64,000 bases of DNA from Octopus sinensis (Eukaryota). Under the pieces are notes generated by a model that saw nothing but the letters and a program-made list of their open reading frames with translations, searched no databases and had not been told where the DNA came from. Position 1 is the first letter of the stretch. Each line of letters begins with the position of its first letter. Location: the NCBI RefSeq assembly GCF_006345805.1, contig NC_043003.1:24366001-24430000 (forward strand), given 5' to 3'. Positions 40,857 to 53,567 of this stretch are shown in pieces. The position numbers and the translations under genes are program-made.

Positions 40857-41149
40857 CTAGCAGTATCGCCCGGCGTTGCTCGGGTTTGTAGTGAAATAAC
40901 TATATAAGCATTTTTAGAGAGTTACTTCCCTTATATAATAGCAAAAAATGCATTAAAAATGGAAAAAAATGATGGTAAATTTTTTTTTAAATCGTAGACA
41001 CATCGTAGACGCGCGCTAATACCCAGAAGGGCTCGATATGAATCACGACTATAAAATACCCGCTTTTGGTTAAACTGCACCGCAAAATGTGGGAGTGGTT
41101 AGGAATCTAAATCGTAGGAGACAGACACCACACAACTTCACTTTTATAT

Positions 41150-41160
<11 letters not shown>
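40857..41160 (-). mobile_element. Non-autonomous Helitron-like element
   Basis: CTAGCAGTATCGCCCGGCGTTGCTCGGG; 5' end merges into (TA)n. Confidence 0.8.
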
Positions 41161-41232
<72 letters not shown>

Positions 41233-41300
41233 GATAAAATATTAGGGAATAAATCCAAACTTACAGGGATTAATATTTCTGATTATATTTTAGATATTTC

Positions 41301-41374
41301 AATTACCTGAAGATTGACTGTAACCATAACTCGAATTATTACGATTGGACAGCCATGAAACGATCGTAGCGTTT
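41301..41374 (+). ncRNA. Type-I minimal hammerhead-like motif, core intact
   Basis: CTGAAGA 41307-41313; stem II TGACTGT/ACAGCCA (6 of 7 pairs); GAAAC-GATC-GTA 41357-41368; stem I weak. Confidence 0.55.
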
Positions 41375-41748
41375 TCTCATTATCTTTTATTAAATTTTTA
41401 ATACTTTGATATATATTTAAAATAATATAAATTAATTAATTTTATGTATTGGCTTAAGTTTTTCATTGTTTGATTTGCCTATAGTGGTTTTATCTCTAAT
41501 TTAATATAATATATATATATATATAATATATCTATATATATATATATATAGTATATATATACTAAGTAATTAAGGGTTTAGCAACGATTTGCCTCACCAC
41601 ACACCGAATTTAGAAATAGCAGTCAAAGAGTTATAGCTATTCTTTCTACTAAAAGGGAGATCTCAGTAAAACCACAGCACTTGAAAAGCAAACACAGACA
41701 GGCAAGAGAGAAAGAAGTGACGGCAATCTATCATACAATTTTAAGTCA

Positions 41749-41839
41749 CCTACGGACGTACGTTTCGAAATTAAGTTTTAGGAAAGCATAAGAATTAGAT
41801 AATTATGTCTTACCCAACTTCTTTTCTCATCAGCGTAGG
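41749..41839 (-). ncRNA. Type-I minimal hammerhead ribozyme (copy 1)
   Basis: Reverse complement of 42411-42501. Confidence 0.85.
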
Positions 41840-42410
41840 ACACTACAATTATGAATAATTGTATATTAAATTTCGAGATACTAGAAGGCATCATCTCAAC
41901 TCAGTATCAGAGCGAGCTAAAACCGTTACCAGTATCACCAAATTCAAAGTGTGAATGAAAGTTTGTGTCACCAACCCCTTCCCACCAGCGTGTAGCCAAG
42001 ACAAGATGTTGTGGTCATTTACTGGGATGAAATATGGTTATCAGTAATAATATAGGGTGGAATTAATTAATTTGGAATAATTATTAATTTCACCAAGTAG
42101 ATTTCGGCATGTAAAAGCCTCATTCGAGGAAAGTTTAAGTAATACTAAGTAATTAAGGGTTTAGCAACGATTTGCCTCACCACACACCGAATTTAGAAAT
42201 AGCAGTCAAAGAGTTATAGCTATTCTTTCTACTAAAAGGGAGATCTTGTCTTGGCTACACGCTGGTGGGAAGGGGTTGGTGACACAAACTTTCATTCACA
42301 CTTTGAATTTGGTGATACTGGTAACGGTTTTAGCTCGCGCTGATACTGAGTTGAGATGATGCCTTCTAGTATCTCGAAATTTAATATACAATTATTCATA
42401 ATTGTAGTGT

Positions 42411-42501
42411 CCTACGCTGATGAGAAAAGAAGTTGGGTAAGACATAATTATCTAATTCTTATGCTTTCCTAAAACTTAATTTCGAAACGTACGTCCGTAG
42501 G
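42411..42501 (+). ncRNA. Type-I minimal hammerhead ribozyme (copy 2); predicted cleavage after C42495
   Basis: CCTACG-CTGATGA-GAAAAGAAGTT..AACTTAATTTC-GAAAC-GTAC-GTC-CGTAGG: 6-bp stem I, complete core, palindromic stem-III loop. Confidence 0.88.
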
Positions 42502-43339
42502 TGACTTAAAATTGTATGATAGATTGCCGTCACTTCTTTCTCTCTTGCCTGTCTGTGTTTGCTTTTCAAGTGCTGTGGTTTTACTGAGATCTCCCTTTTA
42601 GTAGAAAGAATAGCTATAACTCTTTGACTGCTATTTCTAAATTCGGTGTTGGTGAGGCAAATCGTTGCTAAACCCTTAATTACTTAGTATTATTTAAACT
42701 TTCCTCGAATGAGGCTTTTACATGCCGAAATCTACTTGTGAAATTAATGATTATTCCAAATTAATTAATTCCACCCTATATTATTACTGATAACTATATA
42801 TATATATATAATATATATATATATATTATATATATATATATTATTATATATATGAATAAATGTATGTACATATAAATACATTATATATAATATATATATA
42901 TATATATATATTAAAATACATACATCTACATATATGCATAAAACATAGACAAACAGACAGGCATACATACAGATAGATAGATCGATAGATATATAGATAT
43001 ACGCATATGCACACCTACACATGTACGCACAGATATTACATGTTATATAATCGGTTCGCTATTTTTATCATCTGAGGTCATATTTGATTTTATACACTCA
43101 TACACGAGCTCACATATACATATATACGTACATAAACACTAACACAAACATACTCATACACACTGATTTGGCAAGGTTTAATCACACACAGAAAAATACA
43201 TTCACGTATAAAAATTATAGCTACATATTTTCCTGTTTTGATTTTTCTACGTTGGACCATCATTGTTATTATGACTTTTCCTCCTCTACTAAAATTGCAA
43301 ACGTTTTGCAAACATTTTTAATGATTATCATTTTTAGGC

Positions 43340-44030
43340 ACTTTGCCTTTCTTTCCATTATTTACATGTGACGGATATTTGTCCTCATCTTGTTTGTTGC
43401 TAATACAACGTTTCGGCTTCATCAGGTGTCTTGTGGAAATTTCGAACCTGGGTTCTCTTTCGATGTTATTATTTTTCTCATTCCTAAAGTATTTTTCGAT
43501 GTTGTTATTATAAATCCAATATTTTCCTATCCTTCCTTAAAACTGGTTCCCATATGCTACTCATATCTTAACTTGGTCTGCTTAGGAGGTTGTTGTGTCC
43601 TAGCATTTGTGCTGCTTCTTTTAAAAGTTCGTATTTTCCAGTGGTGTTCTCTATCTATTATTTTAACTTCATCCCACAGAGGGAAGTGGACTCCATTTTT
43701 CCATACATGATCAGCTATACCCGATTTATCAATACCTTCTCGTTTCATAGCTTTGCGATGTTCGTCTACCTTTATTTTGCGGGGGCGGCATGTTTCGCCT
43801 TTGTATAACCTACCACAGCTGCTTGGGATGGAGTACACGCAGTCTTTGGTCATATTCTCTTCTACTGTTGGTTTTACTCGAAGGAGATATTTGCGAAGTG
43901 TCGTATTACTCTTGAATACTGTCCCGATGTCGCATGGGCCGCATGTCTTTTGTATCTTTTCGGAGAGGCCTTTTTACATAGCGTAGACAGATTGTGGAGA
44001 ATTTATTGGTTTCATCCTCTCTTTTCTTCA
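43340..44030 (-). mobile_element. Penelope-like element 3' fragment (GIY-YIG endonuclease)
   Basis: Minus: YVK/GLSEKIQK..VFKSNTTLRKYLLRVK..CVYSIPSSCGRLYKGETCR..SGIADHVW; downstream CTGATGAA-GCCGAAACG with stem II collapsed (43409-43425). Confidence 0.85.
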
Positions 44031-44207
44031 TAATTGCCTTTCATCCTTTCGGTGTCGGTAAAACAAGTACCAATTGACTACTGGGGCCGATGTAATTGAC
44101 TTACTCCCTTCCTCAAAATTGCTGGCCTTGTACCGAAATTTGAAATCTGTTTATGAGCATGAATTAGTCTTGTGCCAAAATTGGAAGCCAGTATATGCGT
44201 ATGAGCT

Positions 44208-44415
44208 AAGGGCAGCGAGCAGGCAGAATCGTTAACACGTCGGGCAAAATACTTAGCGGCATTTCGTCCGCCTTTACATTCTGAGTTGAAATTCCGCCGA
44301 CGTCGATTTTGCCCTTCATCCTTTTGGGGGGTTGATAAAATAAGTACCAGTTGAGCACTGGGTCTGATGTAATCGACTTAACCTAACTCCTAAATTGCCT
44401 TGTGCCAAAATTTGA
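44208..44415 (+). mobile_element. SINE family B, diverged
   Basis: GGCAGCGAGCAGGCAGAATCGTTAACACG head. Confidence 0.75.
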
Positions 44416-45067
44416 AGCCCTAATATGTGTACGAACGTTACCAAGCAAAGTTCTGCAAGTTTGAATATAAGTTACAATGATTTTGATAGACGCAGTATAC
44501 ATTATGGAACTATTGATGAATTGAAGAAGAGTTTTCTGCAATTGTCGAAGAATTGGCTCCAAAATTCCATTCATTACGCTTACCTGCGATTGACTTTGGT
44601 ATCAGTCCAACAAAGTGTGAAATTAAAAGATTGAATAATGTGCCATCAATTCTACCTCCTACATCCATAATATTCGATAATACATAAACATTTACTTGGT
44701 TATTCGGTTACGTAATCACTGTAAGCGGACATTTTCTTAATTCACTTACGTAATGACTGAAAATGGGCAGAAAGCCATAATGCTGTTGACTATCAATTTA
44801 TTCGATGTTGATTTAAACTACATTAAACCCAAAAGTACACCTTCAAGCTTTTTCATCAAGGATGCATAAAACCGCCAAACTTTTTAAGTTTTTGACATAA
44901 ACAATCTATTTCTAAAATGTCCTATACTCGTAGCATTATCTATTACTATTGATATTTTCATAATAGTTAAATAGAATATTCTACTTTATAATTAAAAATT
45001 ATAGGGGTAGGGGGTATCTTAGTCCTAGTTTATTTCTTTTGATTTTCAAAGAAGTACCTGTATTAAG

Positions 45068-45365
45068 CGTGGAAACACATGGCCTAGTGGTTAGAGCAGC
45101 GGACTCGCGGTCGAGGGATCGCGGGTCCGAATCTCAGACCGGGCGATGTGTGTGTATATGAGCGAAACCTAAGCTCCACGCGGTTCCGGCAGAAGGTAAT
45201 GGCGAACTTCTGCTGACTCATTCGACACAACTTTCTCTCACACTTTCCTCCTGCATCTTGTAGCTCACCTGTGACGAACCGGGGTCCTGTCCAGGTGGGG
45301 AACCTATACAGCATAAAAACCGGGAAACCGGCCCTAATGAGCCAGGCATGGCTCAAGAAGGAACA
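45068..45365 (+). mobile_element. tRNA-derived SINE, family C
   Basis: A-box TGGCCTAGTGG and B-box-like GGTCCGAATCTC; head shared with 14745 copy, different 3' tail. Confidence 0.8.
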
Positions 45366-45892
45366 AACAAACCTGTATTAAGCGAAACAATAAATAACAA
45401 ATGAATTTTGTGAACAGTTGTTTTCCATATCTGATTTTCATTATTCGATTTTGCATAAAGTTTCACCACTATATTTTGTAGTTTATCCTTATAACCTGTG
45501 GCACAACAAGGGTTTTCAGTACCCGGGGACAAAAGCGAGTTTTGATAAGGGAGATGTTTTGCGTCTCTTCACAGATGAATCCGAGATTGACTACCCATTT
45601 CTGATTCGTCTACATTGCTACTCCTCAGCTCGAGATTTTCTTTCATTCGTCATACTTATAGCAAATGTAACAAATGATTATTCTTTTATCATAAGGGTTG
45701 CGGATCAGTAGAATCGGTAGAGCATCAACACTCACGATGCTCAACTTTCCTTTCCATCTTTTCGGGAGTCAATGAAATAAGAACTAGTCGACTACATGGG
45801 GTTGATGTATTCAACAAACCCACTCCAACCAACATTTCAGGCCTTGTGCTTATAATAGAAAGGACTTTATTATTGTTGTTTTATATATTATT

Positions 45893-45924
<32 letters not shown>

Positions 45925-46126
45925 AGTCGTTATCGTTGTTGTTGCTCCTGGTGTTGCTGCTAGTGCTTGTTGTTGTTGCCGTCCTTCTTATTATTGTTGC
46001 TCTTCTTTTTCTTCTTCTTTCCTCTTCTTCTTCTTCTTCTTCTTTTCTTCTTCCTCTTCTTATTTTTCTTCTTCCTCTTCTTATTTTTCTTCTTCCTCTT
46101 CTTCATGTTCTTCTTCTTCCTTTTCT

Positions 46127-46157
<31 letters not shown>

Positions 46158-46903
46158 AAGTCGGCGAACTAGCGGAAATGATGGTGCATCCGACAACAGG
46201 CTTAACAGTAATTCTTCTAACTCTTAAAGTTAAAATTTCTGAATTCTGAAATTCCGCCGAGATTGACTTTGATCCTCATTCTTTCAGAAATAAAATAAAA
46301 CACCAGTTGAACTTTTGCGCCAACCCATTCGACAAAGCCCTCGCACAAAATTTCACGCTTTGTGCCTATAGTAGACAGTATTAACGATAGTATTACTGCA
46401 TTGTTGTTTTGATGCATCAAGTAGGATACAAAAGAGTTGGTTCAGCTACCAAACATACTCTGCAAGGGATGCAGACACACAAAGATTTTCAAAGAACATG
46501 CTCCATACATCAGTTGTTAGTTGCATTTCTTTGTTAGAATGTTGTACGCTTCAGTACAATTGAGTTCATGTAACTTCATTATTACAATTTGTTACGATTG
46601 CGTAATACAATATTCATCGACACATGGTCACTACAGCTGATTAACAAATAACGAAGTCATCTGATTCACACAACCTCAGACAACAGACTATTTATCATAT
46701 CATCCCCAAGGATGTTCTGCATCAAAGTAGACTGACAATAGCGAACACATTGTGTATTCATGAGAGATGCAAGAGGTTTAATGATTCTTGCACAAAACTG
46801 TGTGAATATATGTCTCTGTCTGTTATTGCATATGTATATATACACATACACACATACATTCATATATATATATGTATATATATATATATGTATGCATACA
46901 CAT

Positions 46904-46943
<40 letters not shown>

Positions 46944-47116
46944 TTTTTGGTATTATTATTTTTGTTATATCAGCTGTTAAACGTTTTTTAGCTTTTAAAA
47001 CTACATTAGTGACTCAAGAGATGAGCGAGTTGTGCGTGGCAGTTATCAAACTAATCATGCGAGTACGTGTATGTTTGTGCGTGTATAAATATTGTGTGTA
47101 TATGTGTATACTGTGC

Positions 47117-47160
<44 letters not shown>

Positions 47161-47191
<31 letters not shown>

Positions 47192-47204
47192 GAGAGAGAG
47201 AGAG

Positions 47205-47261
<57 letters not shown>

Positions 47262-47476
47262 TATAGATAGATAGATAGATAGATAGATAGATGGATGGAT
47301 GGATGGATGGATGGATGGATGGATGGATGGATGGATGGATGGATGCATGCATGCATGGATGGATGGATAGATAGATACATGCATACATGCATACATACAT
47401 ACATGCATACATGCATACATACATACATACATACATACATACATACATACATACATACATACATACATACATACAT
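47161..47476. repeat. Compound microsatellite (GA)n-(GATA)n-(GATG)n-(CATA)n
   Basis: Direct reading. Confidence 0.95.
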
Positions 47477-47479
47477 AGT

Positions 47480-47805
47480 GAAGACGCCTAGCTTAGTAGT
47501 TAGGGCATTCTGCTGACAATTGTAAGGTCATGAGTTTAATTCCCGGCGACGCATTGAGTCCTTGAGCAAGATACTATATTTCACATTGCTCCAGTCCATT
47601 CAGCTGGCAAAAATGAGTTGTACCTGTATTTCAAAGGGCCGGCCTTGTCACACTTTGTGTCACGCTGAATCTCCCTGAGAACTACGTTAACGGTACACGT
47701 GTCTGTGGAGTTCTCAGCCACTTGCACGTAATTTCACAAGCAGGCTGTTCTGTTGATCGTAACAGCTGGGACCCTTGTCGTTGTAACCGACAGAGTGCTC
47801 CTTGG
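47480..47805 (+). mobile_element. SINE family D
   Basis: TAGCTTAGTAGTTAGGG..GTCCTTGAGCAAGATAC..CTCCAGTCCATTCAGCTGG. Confidence 0.7.
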
Positions 47806-47917
47806 TACATACATATATTGTATGTGCAAATATAAACACACACACACACACACACTTATATATATATGGGTGCGTGTGCGTGTCAGTATGTATATTTGTA
47901 TGTGTATATATATATAA

Positions 47918-47973
<56 letters not shown>

Positions 47974-48844
47974 GGAATAGAAGCACTAAGTAATGATGTG
48001 TATTTTTCCAAGACAACACACAGTGAATTGCTTTCGTATGGGTATGGATTCGAATATGCCCCAAACATATTTGAACTGGTAAGAACTTTACACACACACA
48101 CTCTCTCTCTATCACACAAACATACACTTATGTACTTATGTATGCATACATGTATACATAGATAGACTGACAGACAGTCAAATACATACATACATACATA
48201 CATACATACATACATACATACATACATACATACATACATACATACATACATACATACATGCACGCTAACGTGTTAAGTGCATACACAGAATTACATAATA
48301 AACAATGCAGGCGAAAACGCAAACATTGTGAAATATATCCGTTAAATTTTTCATTGTGAAACGAGCATGAATAAATACCATTAGTGATATTTGGAGTGGA
48401 TCTCTTTTGTTTGCATGGAATTTGAAAACAGGCGCTTTATTGTCCAAACAAGCGTACATACGGAGTAAAAACACGCCTTACTATTAAATTATTCAAATGG
48501 ATACGCAGAAATCATATATTAAACAATACAAGCTGATACGCAGACATTCAAACCGGGGACTTACAGGCGTTAAAATTTCATAGAGATAAGTGAATTTTGA
48601 GTGACTTCTCTTCGTCAACATGCAATTTGTAAATAGATGGTTTGTTGTTAAAACAAGCGTGGAAAGTGTAAAGAAACAGATCCCAGTTATGCTATTCACA
48701 TGAAAGCGTTGAAGATGCATGAAAAATACACGCTAAATAGTGCAGCGAATACGCAACCATTCATATGTATATTTTATTGTTTGTCTTTTAATTGTTTCAG
48801 TTATAGGACTGTCACTATACTGGGCATCGCCTTGAAGGGCTTAG

Positions 48845-48976
48845 CCCGGTGGTTCTGAACCATTTTTTTCATCAATAGACCCCTTTGTTTACCATTTTAT
48901 TCTGGTGGACCCCCAAAGCCATTTGATGTTTAAAAACTAATTTTATAGATACTTCTTTCAAAATTCCTATTTATCT

Positions 48977-49007
<31 letters not shown>

Positions 49008-50075
49008 TCAACTCATTCATTTGTACGAGGTTTGATCAATAAGTATCCGGACTGTTACCATAGTAACGAAATTAAAGTACACAGAGTAAAGTTGCTCGGC
49101 AAAGATTGATTTTGAACTCTGCTGTACATGTACACTAAGCTTTAAAGTTCTACCTCACTTCTGCTGTTTGTAGCAGTGCTTGGAAGGAAGGTGTGTAGCG
49201 TGTGATCGTCGCATTGACCTTGACATAGAAAGTTGTCATGACGATACCTGCCCAAAGGTTTGCGCAAAGAAAGTGTATGGATAGGAGTCTATGAGCTGCA
49301 CACAAGTGTATGAGTGGTTCAGACGTTTCCGAGATGGCCGAAAAAATGTCGATATTGACGAACGTTCTGGAAGACCAACAACCAGCAGAACTGAGAAAAC
49401 CATCGCAGATATGCGTACAGTTGTGAGGGTAAATCGTCGAATCAACATCCGTGAGTTATCAGAGGACATGCAGATTAGTCACCTTTCAGTTCAGTCCATT
49501 ATCACTGAAGATTTGGGTATGAGACACGTGTCTGCCAAAACTGCTTTCAGCTGACCAAAAAGACACTCGGGATTCAGTTGCACAAGATCTCCTTGATTGT
49601 GTTGAGAACGATGAAAACTCTTTGAAAACTTTGCGTCGGCTTCTAAGCAGGTATCGTCATGCTTTTGGCAAAATCAGATGCAGATTCTCTGCTCAGCTTT
49701 CTTTGTTATGGTCAATGCGGCGACCACACTCTACACACCTTCCTTCCAAGCACTGCTGAAAATACCGGAAGTGAGCTAGAATGATAAAACTTAGTGCGTA
49801 CGTATAATAGAGTTCAAGGTCAGCTTTGCTCTGCGTGCTTTAGTCCGGATACTTATTGATGGCAACAGTCCGGATACTTATTGATCAGATCATGTATAGG
49901 TTCAAGTATGTAAAATGTTAAAGAAACCAAGCTGGATTTTCTTTATTTTATTTATTTATTTATTCTTTTCACGGACCCTTAAAATACTACTGTGGATACC
50001 TATTTTACTATTTTGCTAGAACGGACGCCCAAAATTCCAATGTCGACTCCTAGTAGTCAAACGGACCCCTGTACC
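48845..50075. mobile_element. hAT-like MITE remnant split by the mariner insertion
   Basis: CGGTGGTTCTGAACC start and repeated (C)GGACCCC motifs on both sides of 49026-49894. Confidence 0.4.
49026..49894 (+). mobile_element. Mariner derivative with fold-back ends
   Basis: TA TSD at 49024-49025 and 49895-49896; 31-bp TIR; HTH ORF 49291-49554 (VYEWFRRFRDGR..RSGRPTTS); inverted similarity extends ~230 bp. Confidence 0.85.
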
Positions 50076-50084
50076 TTTCATATT

Positions 50085-50310
50085 CAGCCTGATACTTATT
50101 TGATCATTCTGTTCGCGAACTGCCAAGTAATGCGGTTGTCAAATAGTTTTGGGGAACGAATATAACATATACACACACATATGTTTCGTCTACCAAATCC
50201 ACTCCCAAGGTTTTGGCCAACACATGTCTTAGGTGCTACGCAGTGGGACTGGACCCAAGGTAACGTTGTTGGGAATCAAGCTTCTTAACCACACAACCGC
50301 TCCTGCGCCT
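50085..50310 (-). mobile_element. SINE family A, diverged
   Basis: CCACACAACCGCTCCTGCGCCT end. Confidence 0.7.
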
Positions 50311-50504
50311 AAATAATATATAGAACGCTTCACGAAATTGCGTGTCATCCTTGTATAAGGGCCATGCTATTTTTTCTCTATCGGTCTAGATTTAGTCTAT
50401 GTACTATCGTTTAATATTTTATTCATAAACAATAGCAACACTCATCATTGAATAAGGAACATTGTTTTCTTTAAAAAATCAATAGGGATAATTGGATTTT
50501 AACC

Positions 50505-50893
50505 ATTGTCTGAAGAACGGGAAATAGAGAAACTAAATGATAATTGTAATGTGAGAAACGTATAATATAAGTGGTAAAGACCCCCTTCCGTCATGAATGA
50601 CCATGGGACTGCACCTAGAAAGTTCTCCTCCGTGATATAAGTCCGGACAAGGTTGTTTATGGAAGACCAGCAGCCACCTATGCATACCAACTTCCCCACT
50701 CTACCGTTTTATCGAAGGGAAAGAAAAGGCCAATACAGCTTGGTACCAGTGACGTCACAACTCATTTCAACAGCTGAGTGAACTGAAGCAATGTGGAATA
50801 AAGTGTCTTGCTCAAGAGCACAACACAGCCCGGTCCGTGAATCAAACTCACTACCTCATGATTGTGAGCCCGGCGCTCTAACCACTCAGCCAT
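50505..50893 (-). mobile_element. SINE family D with long tail
   Basis: Minus head ATGGCTGAGTGGTTAGAGCGCCGGGCTCACAATC; tail shared with 56230-56478. Confidence 0.8.
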
Positions 50894-50937
<44 letters not shown>

Positions 50938-51168
50938 TATATGTATATATATATATACACACTCAAGCACACACGCAGATGTATACATCAACACACACAC
51001 AAACACACGCACACTTACATATACACATAGAGACGCACACATACACATATGCATATGTTTGTGTCTAGGGATTGGATGGACGTGTGTTTGTATTAATGAT
51101 TCCTACAGGAACAGTTCCGCTTCTTTCCCTACAGAATTCAGAATCATATAACAATAATACACACACAA

Positions 51169-51203
<35 letters not shown>

Positions 51204-51254
51204 CATACATAAATATATATATATACATACATACATACATACATACATACAAAC

Positions 51255-51292
<38 letters not shown>

Positions 51293-51715
51293 GCACTCGT
51301 ATGTGTCTGTACGTGTGTACGTATACTGCAGTGTGATCCGTCATATGACGATAACGATTAGCATATACATTTATCACTGCGGTTTATATCAGATAATGTT
51401 ACAATAACAAAATAATGATAATTCTGTATTTTTTCTCATTTTATGGTACTTATACAAAATAATCATATGGATATTAATTTTCGAAACAGAGATATTTTTG
51501 GGAATTAATAACAAAATTAATATATTAATTTTGCTATGTATCTTTGTGATAAACATTTATTATCAATATTAATAGTACTATTTAGCAGTTAATTTTATAA
51601 CAGATAAAGCATATTTATTTCAAATGAGATGGTGTTGCATTTTTAATATCACCAACCGACCAGCAGTTTATATAATTAGTAGAGTATTACCAATTATATG
51701 ACAGCGTATTAATAT

Positions 51716-51922
51716 TGGTTTCAAATTTTAGCACAAAGCTATAGATTTGGTGGGGGTGCTAGTCGATTACATCGACCCCAGTTTTCAACTGGTACTTAAT
51801 TTATCGACTCCCTAAAGGATAAAAGGCAAAAATCAACCTCGGAAGAATTGAACCCAGAACGCGCAGACAGACAAAATGCCACTAAGCATTTTACCCAACG
51901 TGCTAACGATTTTCCCAGCTCG
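51716..51922 (-). mobile_element. SINE family B, diverged
   Basis: GTCGATTACATCGACCCCAG..CTGGTACTTAATTTATCGAC. Confidence 0.7.
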
Positions 51923-51984
51923 GTGCCTCACAGCGTTTTAATATCAGGAATACATTTCTGCCACTACGCGAGATATTAAGTATA

Positions 51985-52389
51985 CTCTTTACTCTTTTAC
52001 TTGTTTCAGTAATTTGACTGTGACCATGCTGGAGCACCGCCTTTAGTCGAGCAAATCGACCCCAGGACTTATTCTTTGTAAGCCTAGTACTTATTCTATC
52101 GGTATCTTTTGCCGAACCACTAAACGTAAACACACCAGCATCGGTTGTCAAGCGATGTTGGGGGGGGGGGAAACACAGACACACAAACATATACACACAC
52201 CCATACATACATATATACATATGTACGACGAGCTTCTTTCAGTTTCCGTCTACCAAATCCATTCACAAGGCTTTGGTCGACCTGAGGCTATAATAGAAGA
52301 CACTTGCCCAAGGTGCCATACAGTGGGACTGAACCCGGAACCATGTGGTTCGTAAGCAAGCTACTTACCACACAGCCACTCCTACACCT
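51985..52389 (-). mobile_element. SINE family A
   Basis: Near full-length reverse complement. Confidence 0.85.
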
Positions 52390-53567
52390 GAGTATAATAA
52401 CATTTTTACTTCTTTACTTTTTAATATATCATGTTGATTATAGAAAAAAATATTAATCTGATTTTGAACATAAAATAGTTTAACTTAAAATAAAATGAAA
52501 TTAACCAAATTTCTCTCATATATTTGCAATAATTATATATAATCAATAATAATAATACTCTTTAACAACTGATTACTATATTATTTTATTACTCTGGTAA
52601 GTTTGGGTGGAGAAAATTTTACAAAAATAACGATACTTTCACTTGGGTTGTATTTTTCACTGTAGAAGTTAAGCACTAGAAGCGTTTACATTACATTAAA
52701 ATTTACCATTTCGACCGATTTAAATTTCTTAAGTGGTGGATATACAATGTGTATGTGTATATGTATTGGGCATCAAGATAATGTGCACATATATATACAT
52801 ACATACATACACAGACACATACATACATACACAGACACATACATACGTGCATACATACTTATTTATACATAAATATAGAGACATACATATATACATGCAT
52901 ATATAGATACATACATATATATATATATATATTCTTTCATTCTTTTATTCTTTTATTTGTTTCAGTCATTTGACACATTTTCAGTAATGATTTATCTAAA
53001 ATTATTTACTCATTTGTCAATTCTACTTATTTACCTGACTAACTGTTTACTAAAATTGTTTAAAAAATTGCAGATTTTTCACTCTTAAAGATTGCTGATT
53101 TCATTAATTTATATAAAATTATTAGTTTCAATGTTACAACTACAACAAATAACTCATAATGGTTATAAACTATATAAAAGTTTAATATTATTTTCTGGAA
53201 CTTGTTTCGTTTCTTTTACTCCAGAACTCTATTATAGTTAATATCAGTTAACTATTCTAAACGGAATATTTGCATAAAAGTTTCTTGTTTTACCTAAGAA
53301 ATTCATTTATGACTATATTTCTTTTTCTTTCTTTTTTTTTGTCAAATATCATGATCTTGTAAGAAATATGCCTCTGCTTCATGTAATGTAAAAGCTTAAA
53401 TTTGAGGTGCTGCTGATGAAATGAGATCTAATTCAGATGAAACAATTGTAAAGTGATGTAGTAAAAAGTCTTACTTGCTCCTTCCTTTTTTCTATTCTCA
53501 TTTATATAAATGCACGCGTGTATGTGTGTCTATGTATGTCCGTGTATGTATATGTTTGTATACATAC

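Larger units (their letters stand above)
41560..42794. mobile_element. Non-autonomous PLE/retrozyme-like insertion: 583-bp unit as a 1.18-mer (minus) plus a 0.95-mer (plus), head-to-head
   Basis: 41560-41663 repeated at 42143-42246 (offset 583); 42243-42794 is the inverted copy at ~99% identity; (TA)n on both flanks. Confidence 0.85.

Noticed and set aside
42700-42745. CTCGAATGA-GGC..GCC-GAAA second ribozyme-like motif in the 583-bp unit
   Set aside because: Core deviates from CUGANGA and no cleavage triplet or stem I can be built; noted only as a possible relic
44420-44640. Possible Tc1 C-terminal relic (IDELKKSF..W)
   Set aside because: Too degenerate to support; no TIR or catalytic motif
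45068-45145. tRNA gene-like sequence (also at other SINE heads)
   Set aside because: No complete cloverleaf or poly-T terminator, and it continues into the SINE body
45418-45711. 97-aa non-repetitive ORF with an FDKGDVLRL (SH3-like) word
   Set aside because: No other SH3 residues and no convincing splice donor; this length is possible by chance
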